32,000 bases of DNA from contig NZ_CP147990.1 of assembly GCF_037902255.1 (NCBI RefSeq), positions 2,430,001 through 2,462,000 on the forward strand. The letters run 5' to 3'. The notes under the pieces were generated by a model that saw only the letters and a list, made by a program, of their open reading frames with translations, was not told the origin of the DNA and did not search any database. The position numbers and the translations under genes are program-made. Shown in pieces: positions 7,892 through 16,321 of this stretch. This stretch comes from Candidatus Electrothrix sp. GW3-4. Lineage in GTDB: Bacteria > Desulfobacterota > Desulfobulbia > Desulfobulbales > Desulfobulbaceae. Numbering within the stretch: the stretch's first letter is position 1; every line of letters starts with the position of its first letter.

Positions 7892-8902
7892 ATGTCTATC
7901 AATATCAATATAAAGCCGCATCAACACACTTTGCGGCGCTCCGTCAGCTGCGACGGAATCGGTCTCCATACAGGCAGACGCGTCAAAATAACCATCAAAC
8001 CTGCTGCGGAGAATAAGGGGATCTGCTTTTATCGATCTGATGTCGCAAATAGCCCCGCTATTCCCGCCCGAATGGAGCAGATCGTTGATACCACATTGGC
8101 AACCACCATCAGTAATGGCCACGAAAAAATATCCACAACCGAGCATCTGATGGCCGCCCTGCACGGGTCAGGCATTGACAATGCAACCATTGATATTGAT
8201 TCGCACGAGGTACCCATCATGGACGGCAGCGCCGGTCCATTTATCCATCTTCTCAAAAAAGGAGGGTTGAAAAAACAACGCGCCCTCCGTAAAGTTCTCC
8301 GCATCACCAAGCCCATCTCGCTCACCGACGGTGATAAATCCATCAGGATTGAGCCCTATGCCGGGTTTAAAATCAGTGGCACCATAAAATTCGGCGACAA
8401 TGATCTTCTCAATGAACAAAGCTACAGCGCCGAACTCACCCCGGAACGTTTTATCCATGAAATAGCTGAAGCCAGGACCTTTGGTTTTGTTGAGCAGGTG
8501 GAAGAACTCTGGAAAAACGGTCTCGCCCTTGGCGGTAGCCTGAAAAACGTTATTGCCATCCATTGGAATCGTCAATCGGTCCTCAATGAAGAAGGACTTC
8601 GTTTTGACGACGAATTTATCCGTCACAAGATGCTGGACCTGATAGGTGATTTAGCCCTGCTCGGCAGCCCGGTCCTGGGGCATGTGATTGCGAATCGCTC
8701 CGGCCACAGCCTGCACCATAACCTCATGCAGACCATAGTTGATACTCCTGATTGCTGGGAATACGTCAAATTCTGTAAACGTGGTAACACAATTCAACCT
8801 GTAGTGATGGACACCAAGGCTCCCAAGAACAACAAGCAGAAACCTTCCTATCTTCCCGGGATGTTGCTGCCGCCTCTGCCCCAGCCGGTTTGTATGGCCT
8901 GA
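7892..8902 (+). CDS. lpxC: UDP-3-O-acyl-N-acetylglucosamine deacetylase
   Basis: The N-terminus HQHTLRRSVSCDGIGLHTGRRVKITIKPA is the typical LpxC start. TTEHLMAAL, HEVPIMDGSA and FVRHKMLD-like (FIRHKMLDLIGDL) motifs are present. The C-terminal tail after WEYVKF is about 43 aa. Confidence 0.92.
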   Translation: MSININIKPHQHTLRRSVSCDGIGLHTGRRVKITIKPAAENKGICFYRSDVANSPAIPARMEQIVDTTLATTISNGHEKISTTEHLMAALHGSGIDNATIDIDSHEVPIMDGSAGPFIHLLKKGGLKKQRALRKVLRITKPISLTDGDKSIRIEPYAGFKISGTIKFGDNDLLNEQSYSAELTPERFIHEIAEARTFGFVEQVEELWKNGLALGGSLKNVIAIHWNRQSVLNEEGLRFDDEFIRHKMLDLIGDLALLGSPVLGHVIANRSGHSLHHNLMQTIVDTPDCWEYVKFCKRGNTIQPVVMDTKAPKNNKQKPSYLPGMLLPPLPQPVCMA

Positions 8903-8940
8903 TTTGCAGAGGTTCTCTTGTATCTCTCCCCGTTCTTCTC

Positions 8941-8972
8941 GCGCCGATTTCATGCAGATCGGCGTTTTTTTT
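8941..8972 (+). terminator. rho-independent terminator of lpxC
   Basis: The stem cgccgat (8942-8948) / atcggcg (8958-8964) has a 9-nt loop and is followed immediately by T8 (8965-8972). Confidence 0.75.
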
Positions 8973-9111
8973 ATTTCTTTGCCCTGGCGTTTCCCGCTCC
9001 AAACAGAGGATTCCCTCTCTCTTGGACAAGAACGTTTGAAAATCGCTCCAAAAGATGGTAATGCTCAACTGAGTCAGCGTAAAAAAACGTCCTCTTAGAC
9101 AAACGCAGCGA

Positions 9112-9849
9112 ATGCCCATGCCCCTCACATCACCGCTTATTCAGCTGGAGCAAGTTTCCTTCTCATATCCCGGCAGCAGGCATATTCTCCATCAGGTTAA
9201 CCTGTCCATAGACCATCATCAACGACTGGGGCTGATCGGCCCCAATGGCAGTGGCAAGACCACCCTGCTCCATCTTATCGTGGGATTGCACCGACCGACA
9301 GGGGGCAGGCTCCTCTTTAAAGGGAGCGAAGTGAAGGGCAAAGAAGGTCTCAAAGAACTGCGCAGCAGTATCGGTCTGGTCTTTCAGGACGCCGATGACC
9401 AACTCTTCTCCCCAACCGTGATAGAGGACGTTGCCTTTGGCCCCTTAAATCTCGGTAAAGGCCCGGAAGAGGCCCTGGAGGTCGCCAACAAGACCTTAGA
9501 GGATCTGGGACTGACCCATCTGGCAGATCGAGTGACCCATCGCCTCTCTGGAGGGGAAAAAAAACTGGTCTCGCTGGCCACTGTGCTCTCCATGCAACCG
9601 GAAGCCATGCTTTTGGATGAACCAACCAATAACCTTGACCAAGAAATCCGGGCGAGGCTGATTGAGGTCCTGAACAGACTTGATATCGCCTATATGATCA
9701 TCTCCCATGATTGGGATTTTCTCAGGGCAACCTGCAAGAGCCTCTACATCATGGATCAGGGCCAGGTCCAACAGGGCGACACAGCCCACCTTCACCTCCA
9801 TCGGCATGCACATACCTGTGGCGGCCAACCCCATAACCATCAGATGTAA
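9112..9849 (+). CDS. CbiO/EcfA-like ABC transporter ATP-binding protein with a His-rich C-terminal tail
   Basis: Carries Walker A GPNGSGKTT, the signature LSGGEKK, Walker B LLDEPTNNLD and the H-loop ISHD. Length and sequence style match cobalt/nickel ECF-type ATPases. The tail is DTAHLHLHRHAHTCGGQPHNHQM. Confidence 0.8.
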   Translation: MPMPLTSPLIQLEQVSFSYPGSRHILHQVNLSIDHHQRLGLIGPNGSGKTTLLHLIVGLHRPTGGRLLFKGSEVKGKEGLKELRSSIGLVFQDADDQLFSPTVIEDVAFGPLNLGKGPEEALEVANKTLEDLGLTHLADRVTHRLSGGEKKLVSLATVLSMQPEAMLLDEPTNNLDQEIRARLIEVLNRLDIAYMIISHDWDFLRATCKSLYIMDQGQVQQGDTAHLHLHRHAHTCGGQPHNHQM

Positions 9850-9866
9850 GAGCGAACCAGAGATCC

Positions 9867-10073
9867 ATGACCACAAACACGCAGGCAACACGTCGTCGCA
9901 GGCGGAAAAAAAACAATGTCTGCCATTGTTGCAAAAAAGAACTGCCCTTCTGCTGGAGCTGTAGTTGTGGTTTTGCCATCTGCCCAGACTGTTTTAGCGA
10001 GAATAAATGGGGCATTAGCAACGGCCCCACCTGGATCTGCCCGGACTGTGAACGCATCCATATGATGGAATGA
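9867..10073 (+). CDS. small Cys-rich zinc-ribbon-like protein (68 aa) with an Arg/Lys-rich N-terminus
   Basis: Sequence is MTTNTQATRRRRRKKNNVCHCCKKELPFCWSCSCGFAICPDCFSENKWGISNGPTWICPDCERIHMME. It has 11 Cys, including several CxxC pairs. It sits 17 nt after the ATPase stop, on the same strand. No strong SD was seen. Confidence 0.5.
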   Translation: MTTNTQATRRRRRKKNNVCHCCKKELPFCWSCSCGFAICPDCFSENKWGISNGPTWICPDCERIHMME

Positions 10074-10142
10074 TCCGGCAGCAGATCTATTCTGCACTCA
10101 ACAGACTGCCAACGTAAAGGTTCATATCGCGGAGAAAAAAAC

Positions 10143-11045
10143 ATGAAAAAGGCAATACTGCAAAAAATAGTCCTTTCAGCCACAGGAGTTATCGTAGCTC
10201 TGCTGCTCTTCCTGTCTCCAGGTCTGAAAATCCCGGTTCTAGATGGGGCAACAGACAGTTATTTTCGCGAGGCAATCAGCAAAGGAGGAATTTCTTATGC
10301 CGCCTGCCGGGTGATTAATGCCTCTATTTCTATTATCAAGGAGTCAAGCCTGCATCTGGAACCAGCAGGCGTGGGGCTCTCCTTAGCCGTAGGGCAAGCC
10401 TTAGACCCCATTGATGACATGACTGAGCGGCTTTCTGATGTTCTGGTGACAGCGATAACCTCGCTAGGGGTGCAAAAACTGGCCTATGAGATCGGCATCT
10501 CCCTGGCCCCACCCGTCTTTGCAGTCTTCTTGCTTCTTCTCAGCGTCCTGGTTTGGTTTAACAGCACCAAGCTTATTTTTTTGCACAAGACCGTAACTCG
10601 CTTTGCCCTACTCATCATCATTGCCCGTTTTTTTCTCCCGCTTTCCTCAATAGCCAACGACTTCATCAATACAAACTTCTTTGCACCGCAAATTGATGAG
10701 GTAAGTAAACAACTCGCTATTGATTCAAAAGAATTTGATAAGCTCAAGGACATCTCGCTCCCTGATGGTATATTTGGAACAGCTTCTTTTCTTAAAGAAA
10801 AATCAGGGGATTTTAAAAAGGCACTTGCTGCTGTGGCAAATAATATGGGGGGGATGATTGAAAGCCTTCTTCAGCTCACCTTTCTCTATGTCGGTATTCT
10901 GATTATTCAGGTGCTGCTCCTTCCCTTGCTGGCCTTCTTTTTCCTGATAAAGATCGTTAACGCGCTGTTTGATATTCATCTGCCAGCCGAGGTCCTGCAT
11001 CACCATATGAACCATCCCAACCCGGAAAGGGAGGAAACCTGTTAG
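10143..11045 (+). CDS. polytopic membrane protein of unknown family with a His-rich C-terminus
   Basis: A good SD (ggagaaaaaaacATG) precedes the start. There are about 5 hydrophobic segments (e.g. APPVFAVFLLLLSVLVWF, LTFLYVGILIIQVLLLPLLAFFFLI). The C-terminus is AEVLHHHMNHPNPEREETC. Confidence 0.65.
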   Translation: MKKAILQKIVLSATGVIVALLLFLSPGLKIPVLDGATDSYFREAISKGGISYAACRVINASISIIKESSLHLEPAGVGLSLAVGQALDPIDDMTERLSDVLVTAITSLGVQKLAYEIGISLAPPVFAVFLLLLSVLVWFNSTKLIFLHKTVTRFALLIIIARFFLPLSSIANDFINTNFFAPQIDEVSKQLAIDSKEFDKLKDISLPDGIFGTASFLKEKSGDFKKALAAVANNMGGMIESLLQLTFLYVGILIIQVLLLPLLAFFFLIKIVNALFDIHLPAEVLHHHMNHPNPEREETC

Positions 11046-11104
11046 GGCAAAAATCCGGTAAGCTGATCCTCTTTCCACCAGCTCAAGTTGGTGGAGGGCG
11101 TTTC

Positions 11105-11133
11105 GGCAGGGTTAAAACCCGCCTATTATTATT
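11105..11133 (+). terminator. terminator-like bulged hairpin plus T-rich tail in a convergent gap
   Basis: ggcaggg (11105-11111) pairs with cccgcc (11118-11123) with one bulge and loop ttaaaa, followed by tattattatt. Weak. Confidence 0.25.
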
Positions 11134-11135
11134 CG

Positions 11136-11470
11136 CTATGGAAAAATCAACCGACTGATACCAGCGACCTCATCCCATGGTCGGCTCGTCGTTATCCCCT
11201 TCAACTCAAAGAGAAGTACCTCAAGCAGGAGATAGACCCGACTATCCCTGCGGATACAGCCAGTCAGTATTTTTCCATGCTCTCCCAGGGCACCATGCAG
11301 GTGAATCTTTGGCTCTTCACCGTCCATATGCACAGATCCACAACCGATAAGCTCACTCACCGATCCATATCCTGCCAGATGGGATCAGAAGGGACAACCG
11401 GCTCTTTGGGGCCGATGACGATCCCGGCTTTATCCAGCGCACCGATTTCTCTTGCTTCGCAATCAATGCA
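11136..11470 (-). pseudogene. decayed PPC/DUF296-domain gene (5'-truncated and frameshifted)
   Basis: The 74-aa ORF 11136..11360 encodes the C-terminal half of a PPC/DUF296 domain (DGEEPKIHLHGALGEHGKILTGCIRRDSRVYLLLEVLLFEL). The preceding part (EIGALDKAGIVIGPKEPVVPSDPI) is in a different frame that stops at 11357-11359. Joining them needs a 1-nt shift near 11357-11387. About 35 N-terminal residues expected from homologues are missing, because the frame runs into the nikR 3' end. Confidence 0.45.
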
Positions 11471-11873
11471 GATCACCGCCCGTGCTCGACATGGTCAGGT
11501 TACCAGTCTTAACCCCGCGTAAGGCGATCATTTTTTCAGCTAACTCCTGCACAGAAAAGGCATTTCCCTTGACAATGGTTACCTCTAAACAATTATGGTG
11601 ATCCATATGCACATGGGTGGTTGAGGTGATGAGTTGATAATAGTTATGCTGGAGATCTGTAATCCGCTCCTGTAACTGGGCCTGATGATGATCATACACC
11701 AAGGTGACCACCCCCACGACCTCACTGTCTTGCTGCCATTGCTCGTTGACCAGCTTCTTACGGATCAAATCACGAATCGCCTCGGATCGATTGGAATAGC
11801 CGTGCCTGGTGATATAATCATCAAATTGGTCAAGAAGATGCTCTTCTAGAGAAACAGAAAACCTTTTTAACAT
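11463..11873 (-). CDS. nikR: nickel-responsive transcriptional regulator NikR
   Basis: The N-terminal ribbon-helix-helix is RFSVSLEEHLLDQFDDYITRHGYSNRSEAIRDLIR. The C-terminal Ni-site motif is THVHMDHHNCLEV (H-x-H-x(3)-H..C, as in E. coli NikR). Confidence 0.9.
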   Translation of the reverse strand: MLKRFSVSLEEHLLDQFDDYITRHGYSNRSEAIRDLIRKKLVNEQWQQDSEVVGVVTLVYDHHQAQLQERITDLQHNYYQLITSTTHVHMDHHNCLEVTIVKGNAFSVQELAEKMIALRGVKTGNLTMSSTGGDLH

Positions 11874-11949
11874 ACGCTGCCCATCAGATCTGGTTACTGA
11901 TACCTACCGTTTTTGAAGAGGATCTCTCATTAATCACGCTCTTCGCGCC

Positions 11950-13416
11950 TTATGCATCCTCAAGCTCCTTCAGCCGTTTTAAGATGACCTTTGCCTCTTC
12001 CTGCAGTGGCCCAGGGACCTGGGGATCTTTTTCTGCCCTCCTGAGATACTGCTTTGCATATTTTATTCGTCCTTCATAGAGGTAGTACTTTGCCAGGTAA
12101 AAGGTGCTTGCGCCCCGTTCTCCCTGCCCGGATTTGACGCGTGCCAGTTCATAATAGACCTGTGAATATTCCGGTATATTTTTTGCTACCTCAAGATAAA
12201 ATGCCCCTGCCTCCTCAAGCTTTCCCTTTCTGGACATTACGTTGGCGAGTTTAAAAACGCAGTACATATCTGTAGGATCTCGCTGATACATCCTACGCAG
12301 CAAGCGTACAGCCATTTCAAGCTCACCCGAGTCAATATACAGTGCAGCAAGATCGATATCCAAGATATCTCTTCCAGGAAACTCATTCCGCACCATTGCC
12401 AGCTGCCTCTGCGCCTCTTTAAAATTATTTTCCTGGCCACTGAGCAAGGCCAGCCCATAATGAGCCATTGCCGTTTGGACGCTGTCCTCGGTTGATGCCA
12501 GGGTATTAGCGCAATGAATCCGTAAGTCTTCTGGATCCACAGATTGGCTGAGCACCCTATACTTAAAGCGAAGAAAGGGAAAAGCCCCTACATCTTCAGG
12601 AAAGGGTTTCCCCATCTTTCGTCGCTCAATCTCCAACAAAGACTGAACATAGTCCAACCGATCCTCTGGGTTGGGGTGGGTCAAGAGATACGGAGGCAGC
12701 TGTTCGGAACGATAACGGGTAATCCTGCGCATGGATTTCAACATGCTCTCCATTGCTGTCGGATTACGCCCCATGATCCTGAGCCAGCCAAACGCCAGCC
12801 GATCAGCCTGTTCCTCGTCCTGCCGGGAAAAATTCAGCCCTGCTGTCTGATTGGCCGCTAAAGCGCCACTGAAAAGCCCCTGGGTCAAGGCGGGATTACC
12901 TACGGCAAGACTGGCTAAACCAAAGATAAGGCTCGCTGCAGTAACCTTTTCCTGCTTAGCGATACGCCGGGAAAGGTGTCTACTCACAACATGCCCGACC
13001 TCATGGGCAAGCACACTGAGCAACTGATCCTCGGATTGCATGGTTTTTATCAATCCGGAATTAAAAAAGATCAGCCCCGAAGGGGCTGCAAAGGCATTAA
13101 ACTGGTCATTTTTGACCACGAAAAAATGATAATCAAAGTACTGCGGCCCAGCAATGGCAAGGACCTGCTGCCCCAGTTTGTTGATGTATTGGACGATATC
13201 AGGATCATCAAGAAGTTCAAATTCGCTTCGTACAGCAAATAATAATTGTTCTCCGATATCCCTTTCTTCTCCAATACTGAAACCCACGCAAGGGACCGGG
13301 GCAAGGCATTGGCCAGCCCATAAAAAGAAAACAACAGCAACAGTGAGATACGCTTTGCTCAAAACCGATCCACAAAAAAAACGTTGGCGAATCATAAGGT
13401 AACAATTCAGTATCAT
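11950..13416 (-). CDS. M48-family zinc metalloprotease with C-terminal TPR repeats (BepA/YfgC-like)
   Basis: Carries the HEVGHVVSRH zinc motif and a TPR-like C-terminal half. The start is uncertain: ATG 13416 follows GGTGGA with 8-nt spacing, and alternatives are 13395 or 13470. Confidence 0.85.
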   Translation of the reverse strand: MILNCYLMIRQRFFCGSVLSKAYLTVAVVFFLWAGQCLAPVPCVGFSIGEERDIGEQLLFAVRSEFELLDDPDIVQYINKLGQQVLAIAGPQYFDYHFFVVKNDQFNAFAAPSGLIFFNSGLIKTMQSEDQLLSVLAHEVGHVVSRHLSRRIAKQEKVTAASLIFGLASLAVGNPALTQGLFSGALAANQTAGLNFSRQDEEQADRLAFGWLRIMGRNPTAMESMLKSMRRITRYRSEQLPPYLLTHPNPEDRLDYVQSLLEIERRKMGKPFPEDVGAFPFLRFKYRVLSQSVDPEDLRIHCANTLASTEDSVQTAMAHYGLALLSGQENNFKEAQRQLAMVRNEFPGRDILDIDLAALYIDSGELEMAVRLLRRMYQRDPTDMYCVFKLANVMSRKGKLEEAGAFYLEVAKNIPEYSQVYYELARVKSGQGERGASTFYLAKYYLYEGRIKYAKQYLRRAEKDPQVPGPLQEEAKVILKRLKELEDA

Positions 13417-13546
13417 GAAAAAGTTCCACCCTGGAAAAAAATTACCCTGCTCCAAAGGGCAGGGCATCAAACCAAGGCATCTCTTTGTAAAATTTCCCCA
13501 AAGTCACGAGAAGACACAGGCAAGAAGAGATCAGGCCGAAATCAAC

Positions 13547-14947
13547 TCAGGCAGTCCCACTACTAATCCCATTACTAATATAGGGCGCTATTTCTTCCGG
13601 TTTCAGACTGCATTCTTCCATACCCAAGGCCCGAAGTTCCTCAAGAGAACGAGGGAGCAGGCATGAGTCTGGATCCTGCAGGATTATCTTTCCCCCATGC
13701 GTGACAACGGCTTCCATCCCCTCCTTCATATTCTGCTTCACCCCGCTGAGAAAAAGCACCGTTAATGCTGTCCCGAATATCTCGGCAGCAGAACAGAGTA
13801 AACTATCAGTATCAATCAACTGCATTCCGTCATCACTCTCTGGGCCTGTCAACACAGGAATACCGTCGTCAGAGATGATGACTTCTCTCCGCCCGTGACA
13901 ATTGCCTACCAGACATTGCCCACCCAGCAACTTATTTGTTTGAAGCGAGGTCGTGGCAGTGTACTTGGTAAAATTATCAAGGTATGCGGTCAGGTACTGC
14001 TCAATACCTGGATACATATTCTGCAAGACTAATACTGACATATCGTGTTCATACTGTAATGCAGGGATAATCTTCTGCAACTCCAGCATTCCGCCAAGGC
14101 CCCCCAGTATCAACAGCAGCTTCTCTGCTTTTTTTTCTGGCTGTTCCTTGGTTGCGGGATCAACTGGTTTCAATTTCTTGGCCCTGCTGACATTATCAAC
14201 ACAGAACTCTTTAACATTGAGAAGAAGATATTGCAGGCGCTTGCCGATCAGATCCCATGATTCTGGGCTGGTAGGCTTAGCAACCAGATCCACGCATCCA
14301 TAGCGCATAAAATCCATCATTCTCGAATAATGCTGATCATTAAAATTACTGACCAGCACCACTGGTGCTGGGGAGCGTATCATGATATGCTTCAGCGCGA
14401 CATCACCACTCATGACAGGCATAGTCATGTCCAGGGTAACAAGATCCGGGACCTGCATTTCCAAAAATTTCAGCGCCTCTCTCCCGTTTGTTGCCGTCCC
14501 AACCACCTGGGCATTGATCTGTTCTTCAAAGAGCTTAATAAATGCCTTGGTAAAAAAACGGGAATCATCCACCACCAGGACCTTCGGCAAAAGTGACTCT
14601 TCTTCAGAGGGCATTTTGCTTTTGTACTGCTCATCAATACGGCGAGCTGCCTCAAGTAACAGAAAATTCCACGAGGAATCAATGGTCCGGACATTGGTAG
14701 AGGCAAAGAGCATGCTAAAGGTGCCTGAAGGCCAGCTCATAATACGATAAAAGGCCTCTTCTCCGGTTAACTCACCAAATTCAGCATGAATAATTTCATT
14801 ATCAGAAAAATAAAGGACCCCACGATTATCTTCGCTGAGTACACTGAGCTTTCTGTCATCTCCAGCAAGGCAGGCAAACTGAACAAGATCCACTAACCCC
14901 AGCCCTTCAATCTCACCGACAAAACCGCTTCCAACAGGATGTTTCAT
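13547..14947 (-). CDS. three-domain protein: DUF4388 + receiver (REC) + degenerate CheB-methylesterase-like domain
   Basis: The N-terminus GEIEGLGLVDLVQFACL..GVLYFSDNEIIHAEFGELTGEEAFYRIMSWPSGTFSM has the DUF4388 pattern. REC is intact: VVDDS, TLDMTMP (D173), LVAKP (K224). The C-terminal region aligns to CheB but reads LGGLGG where GASTGG is expected, LQNMYP where QHMP is expected, and LSGVKQNMKEG where TGMGxDG is expected. Confidence 0.85.
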   Translation of the reverse strand: MKHPVGSGFVGEIEGLGLVDLVQFACLAGDDRKLSVLSEDNRGVLYFSDNEIIHAEFGELTGEEAFYRIMSWPSGTFSMLFASTNVRTIDSSWNFLLLEAARRIDEQYKSKMPSEEESLLPKVLVVDDSRFFTKAFIKLFEEQINAQVVGTATNGREALKFLEMQVPDLVTLDMTMPVMSGDVALKHIMIRSPAPVVLVSNFNDQHYSRMMDFMRYGCVDLVAKPTSPESWDLIGKRLQYLLLNVKEFCVDNVSRAKKLKPVDPATKEQPEKKAEKLLLILGGLGGMLELQKIIPALQYEHDMSVLVLQNMYPGIEQYLTAYLDNFTKYTATTSLQTNKLLGGQCLVGNCHGRREVIISDDGIPVLTGPESDDGMQLIDTDSLLCSAAEIFGTALTVLFLSGVKQNMKEGMEAVVTHGGKIILQDPDSCLLPRSLEELRALGMEECSLKPEEIAPYISNGISSGTA

Positions 14948-14981
14948 ATAAAGGTACTTTTTTCAACTATAGAGAATTCTC

Positions 14982-15749
14982 TTACAACGCATTAAAGGTG
15001 ACATGTGTTGCGATAAAAACCAACATAAGAACAAAGAATTCTTTAAAATGAGTTTCAGGAACCCTTTGCAGGAGCCTCGATCCCACCTGCGCACCAAGCA
15101 AAACGCCGAGAGCTCCGGGTATAACAACCCGCCATTCTATGCTCCGGCCAAACAGCACATGGACACTCAATGCTGTCACTGAAAGAATCATCATCAGCGC
15201 AATACTGGTCGAAACAGATCGAACCATGGCCAGTTTGCACCGCATATTAAAAAACGGCACCAGCCAATCCCCTACGCCTATCCCAAGAAACCCGGTCAAT
15301 ATGCTGCCAAGCAGGGTTATTAACCGTCCCCGATGCGCTGCTTCAAGATCTGCCGTATCCGAACCTGCAACAAAGAAATCATCTCCGCGAAGAAAGACAT
15401 AGGCAATAAAAAAAATCGTCAGGCCAAGAAAAAGCTCTATCCACACCGGCTGCAGGAGCAAGGAGAGCAATACCCCGAAGATAACAGCAGGGATGCCAAA
15501 AGTAACCAGCAAACGAACGAGCCGCCAATCAATCATCCCGGCTCGATTATTCGTATACGATGCACTGAGCTGACCGAAAAACTGAATCACAAGAGTACAG
15601 ATCACCGCGTCTTTCGGATCCAAGTCCGTGCTCATCAGCAATACGGGCATCCACAGAACCCCACCGCCCAAGCCGAAGAACATAGCGACAGAAGCAATTG
15701 CCACGCCGATTGGTAGCATCTGCCAAAATTCAAAGGCCCCGCCTAACAC
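14982..15749 (-). CDS. TauE/SafE (TSUP) family membrane permease
   Basis: An ~8-TM hydrophobic protein with the family-typical GLGGGVLWMPVLL motif near the N-terminus. The GTG start at 15749 overlaps the upstream stop by 7 nt (alternative ATG at 15719). Confidence 0.85.
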   Translation of the reverse strand: MLGGAFEFWQMLPIGVAIASVAMFFGLGGGVLWMPVLLMSTDLDPKDAVICTLVIQFFGQLSASYTNNRAGMIDWRLVRLLVTFGIPAVIFGVLLSLLLQPVWIELFLGLTIFFIAYVFLRGDDFFVAGSDTADLEAAHRGRLITLLGSILTGFLGIGVGDWLVPFFNMRCKLAMVRSVSTSIALMMILSVTALSVHVLFGRSIEWRVVIPGALGVLLGAQVGSRLLQRVPETHFKEFFVLMLVFIATHVTFNAL

Positions 15750-16321
15750 CGGTAAAAACTCCTGCCGAATTCAGACAAAGCATCTTCCAGCTCATCAAGG
15801 ATCTCCACAGCTTCAGCAACCTTTGTTTCCTGCTCTCCGTCGATCAGGGTCTGGCGAAGCTGCTCACTCATTCCCTTGGCCAAGAGGATCAACTCCTGCT
15901 CATTGGCATTGAGTTCATTAATATGCCGAGCCAAATCGCCGAGTTCATCTCTGCTTTGTTCCGGCAAAGTTGTGGAGAAATCACCAGCACTCATTGCCCT
16001 GGTTCCCTCGATAATGCGCTCCAGGGGAAACATGATTCTCTTGGTGAAGAGCATCATAACCAAACCAATAGCAAGGAGCAGGTTCCCGAGCATTACACGT
16101 ACTTTCAGGAGGATATACTTAACAAGGTCAGCTGACACTTCTGGTGAGGCGATATCATTGAGGGTGCCGAGAATTTTTTCCCCGTAAAGAAAGCTGTTCA
16201 TCTCCACAGCCATCGTCAAAAACACAACTCCGATAAAGACAATATAAAAAACCAACTGGCGCTGCAGCCCGCTTTTCGGCAAAAAACGTTTGAGGACCAT
16301 CTTGTCAAGTTTTTTTATCAA
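15743..16321 (-). CDS. small membrane protein with a HAMP domain and acidic coiled-coil tail (no output domain)
   Basis: Two hydrophobic segments, then a HAMP-like stretch (PLERIIEGTRAMSAGDFSTTLPEQSRDELGDLARHINEL), then ~60 aa of acidic helical tail. It overlaps the PilZ gene by 17 nt if ATG 16321 is the start. Confidence 0.7.
   Translation of the reverse strand: MIKKLDKMVLKRFLPKSGLQRQLVFYIVFIGVVFLTMAVEMNSFLYGEKILGTLNDIASPEVSADLVKYILLKVRVMLGNLLLAIGLVMMLFTKRIMFPLERIIEGTRAMSAGDFSTTLPEQSRDELGDLARHINELNANEQELILLAKGMSEQLRQTLIDGEQETKVAEAVEILDELEDALSEFGRSFYRC

Noticed and set aside
8973-9111. NikR operator upstream of the CbiO-like ATPase, and upstream of nikR at 11874-11949
   Set aside because: No E. 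coli-type GTATGA-N16-TCATAC dyad or comparable long dyad was found by eye. Only a short CAGATCTG palindrome is present at 11884-11891. A PWM scan would be needed.
11088-11522. 144-aa plus-strand ORF between the membrane-protein gene and nikR
   Set aside because: The translation looks non-protein-like, it overlaps the nikR 3' end, and the opposite strand carries recognisable PPC/DUF296 sequence.
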